This document shows positions 45,808 through 47,064 of a stretch of 47,064 nt of DNA, one piece after another. Location of the stretch: the IMG/VR virus record IMGVR_UViG_3300030333_006085, positions 1 to 47,064 of that record. One strand, written 5' to 3'. The notes under the pieces are model-generated. The model had not been told where the DNA came from. It made no database searches and saw nothing but the letters and a program-made list of their open reading frames with translations. The stretch is from a virus (lineage: Duplodnaviria; Caudoviricetes). Position 1 is the stretch's first letter, and each line of letters starts with the position of its first letter. The position numbers and the translations under genes are program-made.

Positions 45808-47064
45808 ATGGCAGATAAAGTCTTTTATTGGATTGGTCAAGCGGGAATCACTGCAAATGTAAATACATTGCACGCCGCACAAACTATTACAGACCCATAC
45901 TTTTTATCAACAGCAAACTATTGGAATAACAAAAGTAACTGGGCACAAAGAGCAACAAACTATGGTGGCATAGGTAGTGGACCACTTGGTAACCCAAGCG
46001 GTGGTGGTACAAATGACGGAAGTTCCGCTTATGGAGGTCCTAATACAATGGCACTCACAACCGCTAGTCGTTTCCCTGTACAGGGAGATACTGTATATTT
46101 CAGAGGAATGACTGCTTCAATCGACGGTGCTACTGCTCAAAGATATCCTCTAACAGAATGTCTCTATGGAGGCATTAGTGGTGACGGAAACTGGGAAGGT
46201 GGAACAAGTGATGGTGGTATTACCACAGGTCACGGTTTAACTGGACAACTTCATAAACTTGTCATTGACGATAGTTACAACTACAACCTTCTCTTCAGAA
46301 AGAGAGATGGTGGGATGTCTGGAAATGGTCAACTGTCACCCCAAGCCGGGTGTCAGGGTTGGGGTTTCCATAGATTTGGTGTAAATATGACTGACCAAGC
46401 AGGCGGAACAAATGCTAACTTCAAAGTCGGCGGTTGGATGGGTCTGGGAATCGCTTCCGAAACATATATCTCTAACAGAGGTGTTGTTGGTCGAAAGGGT
46501 TCAAACTTATATGGGCAACCCTGCTCACTGCAAGGGAGTGCCAGCAGTCGGTCAACGAAGGGACTAGGACACTTTGCTGATGCAACAACTCTTACTGGTA
46601 AAGTTAATATTAACGAGTTATATGTTAATGCTAATGACCACTTTATCTTTAATCAACCTCTGTATGGTCCTGGTTGTACCCTTGGAAAAGTTTACATACA
46701 AAGAATGGTTGGACTTACAGCCGACTGGCCAATGAGCAGTCATTGTAGTGGTAGAGATTCAAACAAACTCGGCTACTTTACTCTCAACAGTCACCATCAA
46801 GAGCCCACTTTTGGTTGTGGTACTTTCCGAATGGCGGAGGGACATGCCACCAATGACGGTGGAATGGAATATGATGGGTACTTCTGGGGTCAACAAGCAA
46901 ATATGCCTGGCTTCTTGATGTATGGACATTCAGATAAATATCAAATTACAACTCTATATCGGGATACAAGTAGAAACACATATTATGACCTTATTCAATC
47001 TTCTACTCCAATTCCAAATGTAGTTCTTGCTTCACAATCAAGAAATTCATTTAACGCAATTGAC
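45808..47064 (+). CDS. Gly/Thr/Asn-rich probable virion (fibre/adhesin-like) protein, 3'-truncated
   Basis: Open from ATG 45808 (GAGGA RBS) to the window end when translated by hand: MADKVFYWIGQAGITAN...YWNNKSNW...FPVQGDTVYF; late promoter upstream. Confidence 0.7.
   Translation, partial: MADKVFYWIGQAGITANVNTLHAAQTITDPYFLSTANYWNNKSNWAQRATNYGGIGSGPLGNPSGGGTNDGSSAYGGPNTMALTTASRFPVQGDTVYFRGMTASIDGATAQRYPLTECLYGGISGDGNWEGGTSDGGITTGHGLTGQLHKLVIDDSYNYNLLFRKRDGGMSGNGQLSPQAGCQGWGFHRFGVNMTDQAGGTNANFKVGGWMGLGIASETYISNRGVVGRKGSNLYGQPCSLQGSASSRSTKGLGHFADATTLTGKVNINELYVNANDHFIFNQPLYGPGCTLGKVYIQRMVGLTADWPMSSHCSGRDSNKLGYFTLNSHHQEPTFGCGTFRMAEGHATNDGGMEYDGYFWGQQANMPGFLMYGHSDKYQITTLYRDTSRNTYYDLIQSSTPIPNVVLASQSRNSFNAID

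Noticed and set aside
1-47064. Stop-codon reassignment
   Set aside because: Core genes are full length under the standard code, and TAA, TGA and TAG all end genes (TAG at 33896 and 40290).

Overview
A 47-kb, AT-rich, almost entirely plus-strand segment of a large T4-like myovirus genome. It begins in the C-terminal part of the major capsid gene (gp23), followed by gp3, uvsY, dCMP deaminase, uvsW, gp55, gp47/gp46, rnh, gp45/44/62, regA, dUTPase, gp43, uvsX, gp41, gp61, thyX and class II nrdJ. Accessory blocks sit inside this core. (i) gmd, a DNA amino-methyltransferase-like gene and a type II glutamine synthetase. (ii) A ~13-kb tightly coupled sugar-biosynthesis/glycosyltransferase operon behind a T4 late promoter. 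It encodes a likely GDP-colitose pathway, a cytidylyltransferase / class III aminotransferase / SIS / SDR / AroB-like module, about seven GT-like genes and a terminal GT2-TPR enzyme next to a virion-type protein with a Gly-x-Thr-rich insert. (iii) An i-type-lysozyme-like secreted protein. (iv) A sigma70-type cassette with a four-hairpin leader RNA, a 62-aa membrane peptide, an internal terminator-like hairpin and an outer-membrane porin whose N-terminus resembles Planctomycetota (Phycisphaerae) porins. The best candidates for undescribed biology are a phage-encoded virion O-glycosylation system acting on G-x-T motifs with an unusual sugar, and the structured-RNA/peptide/porin cassette. All family calls come from motif recognition by eye; no database search was run. 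I saw no tRNA, CRISPR array, intron or intein.
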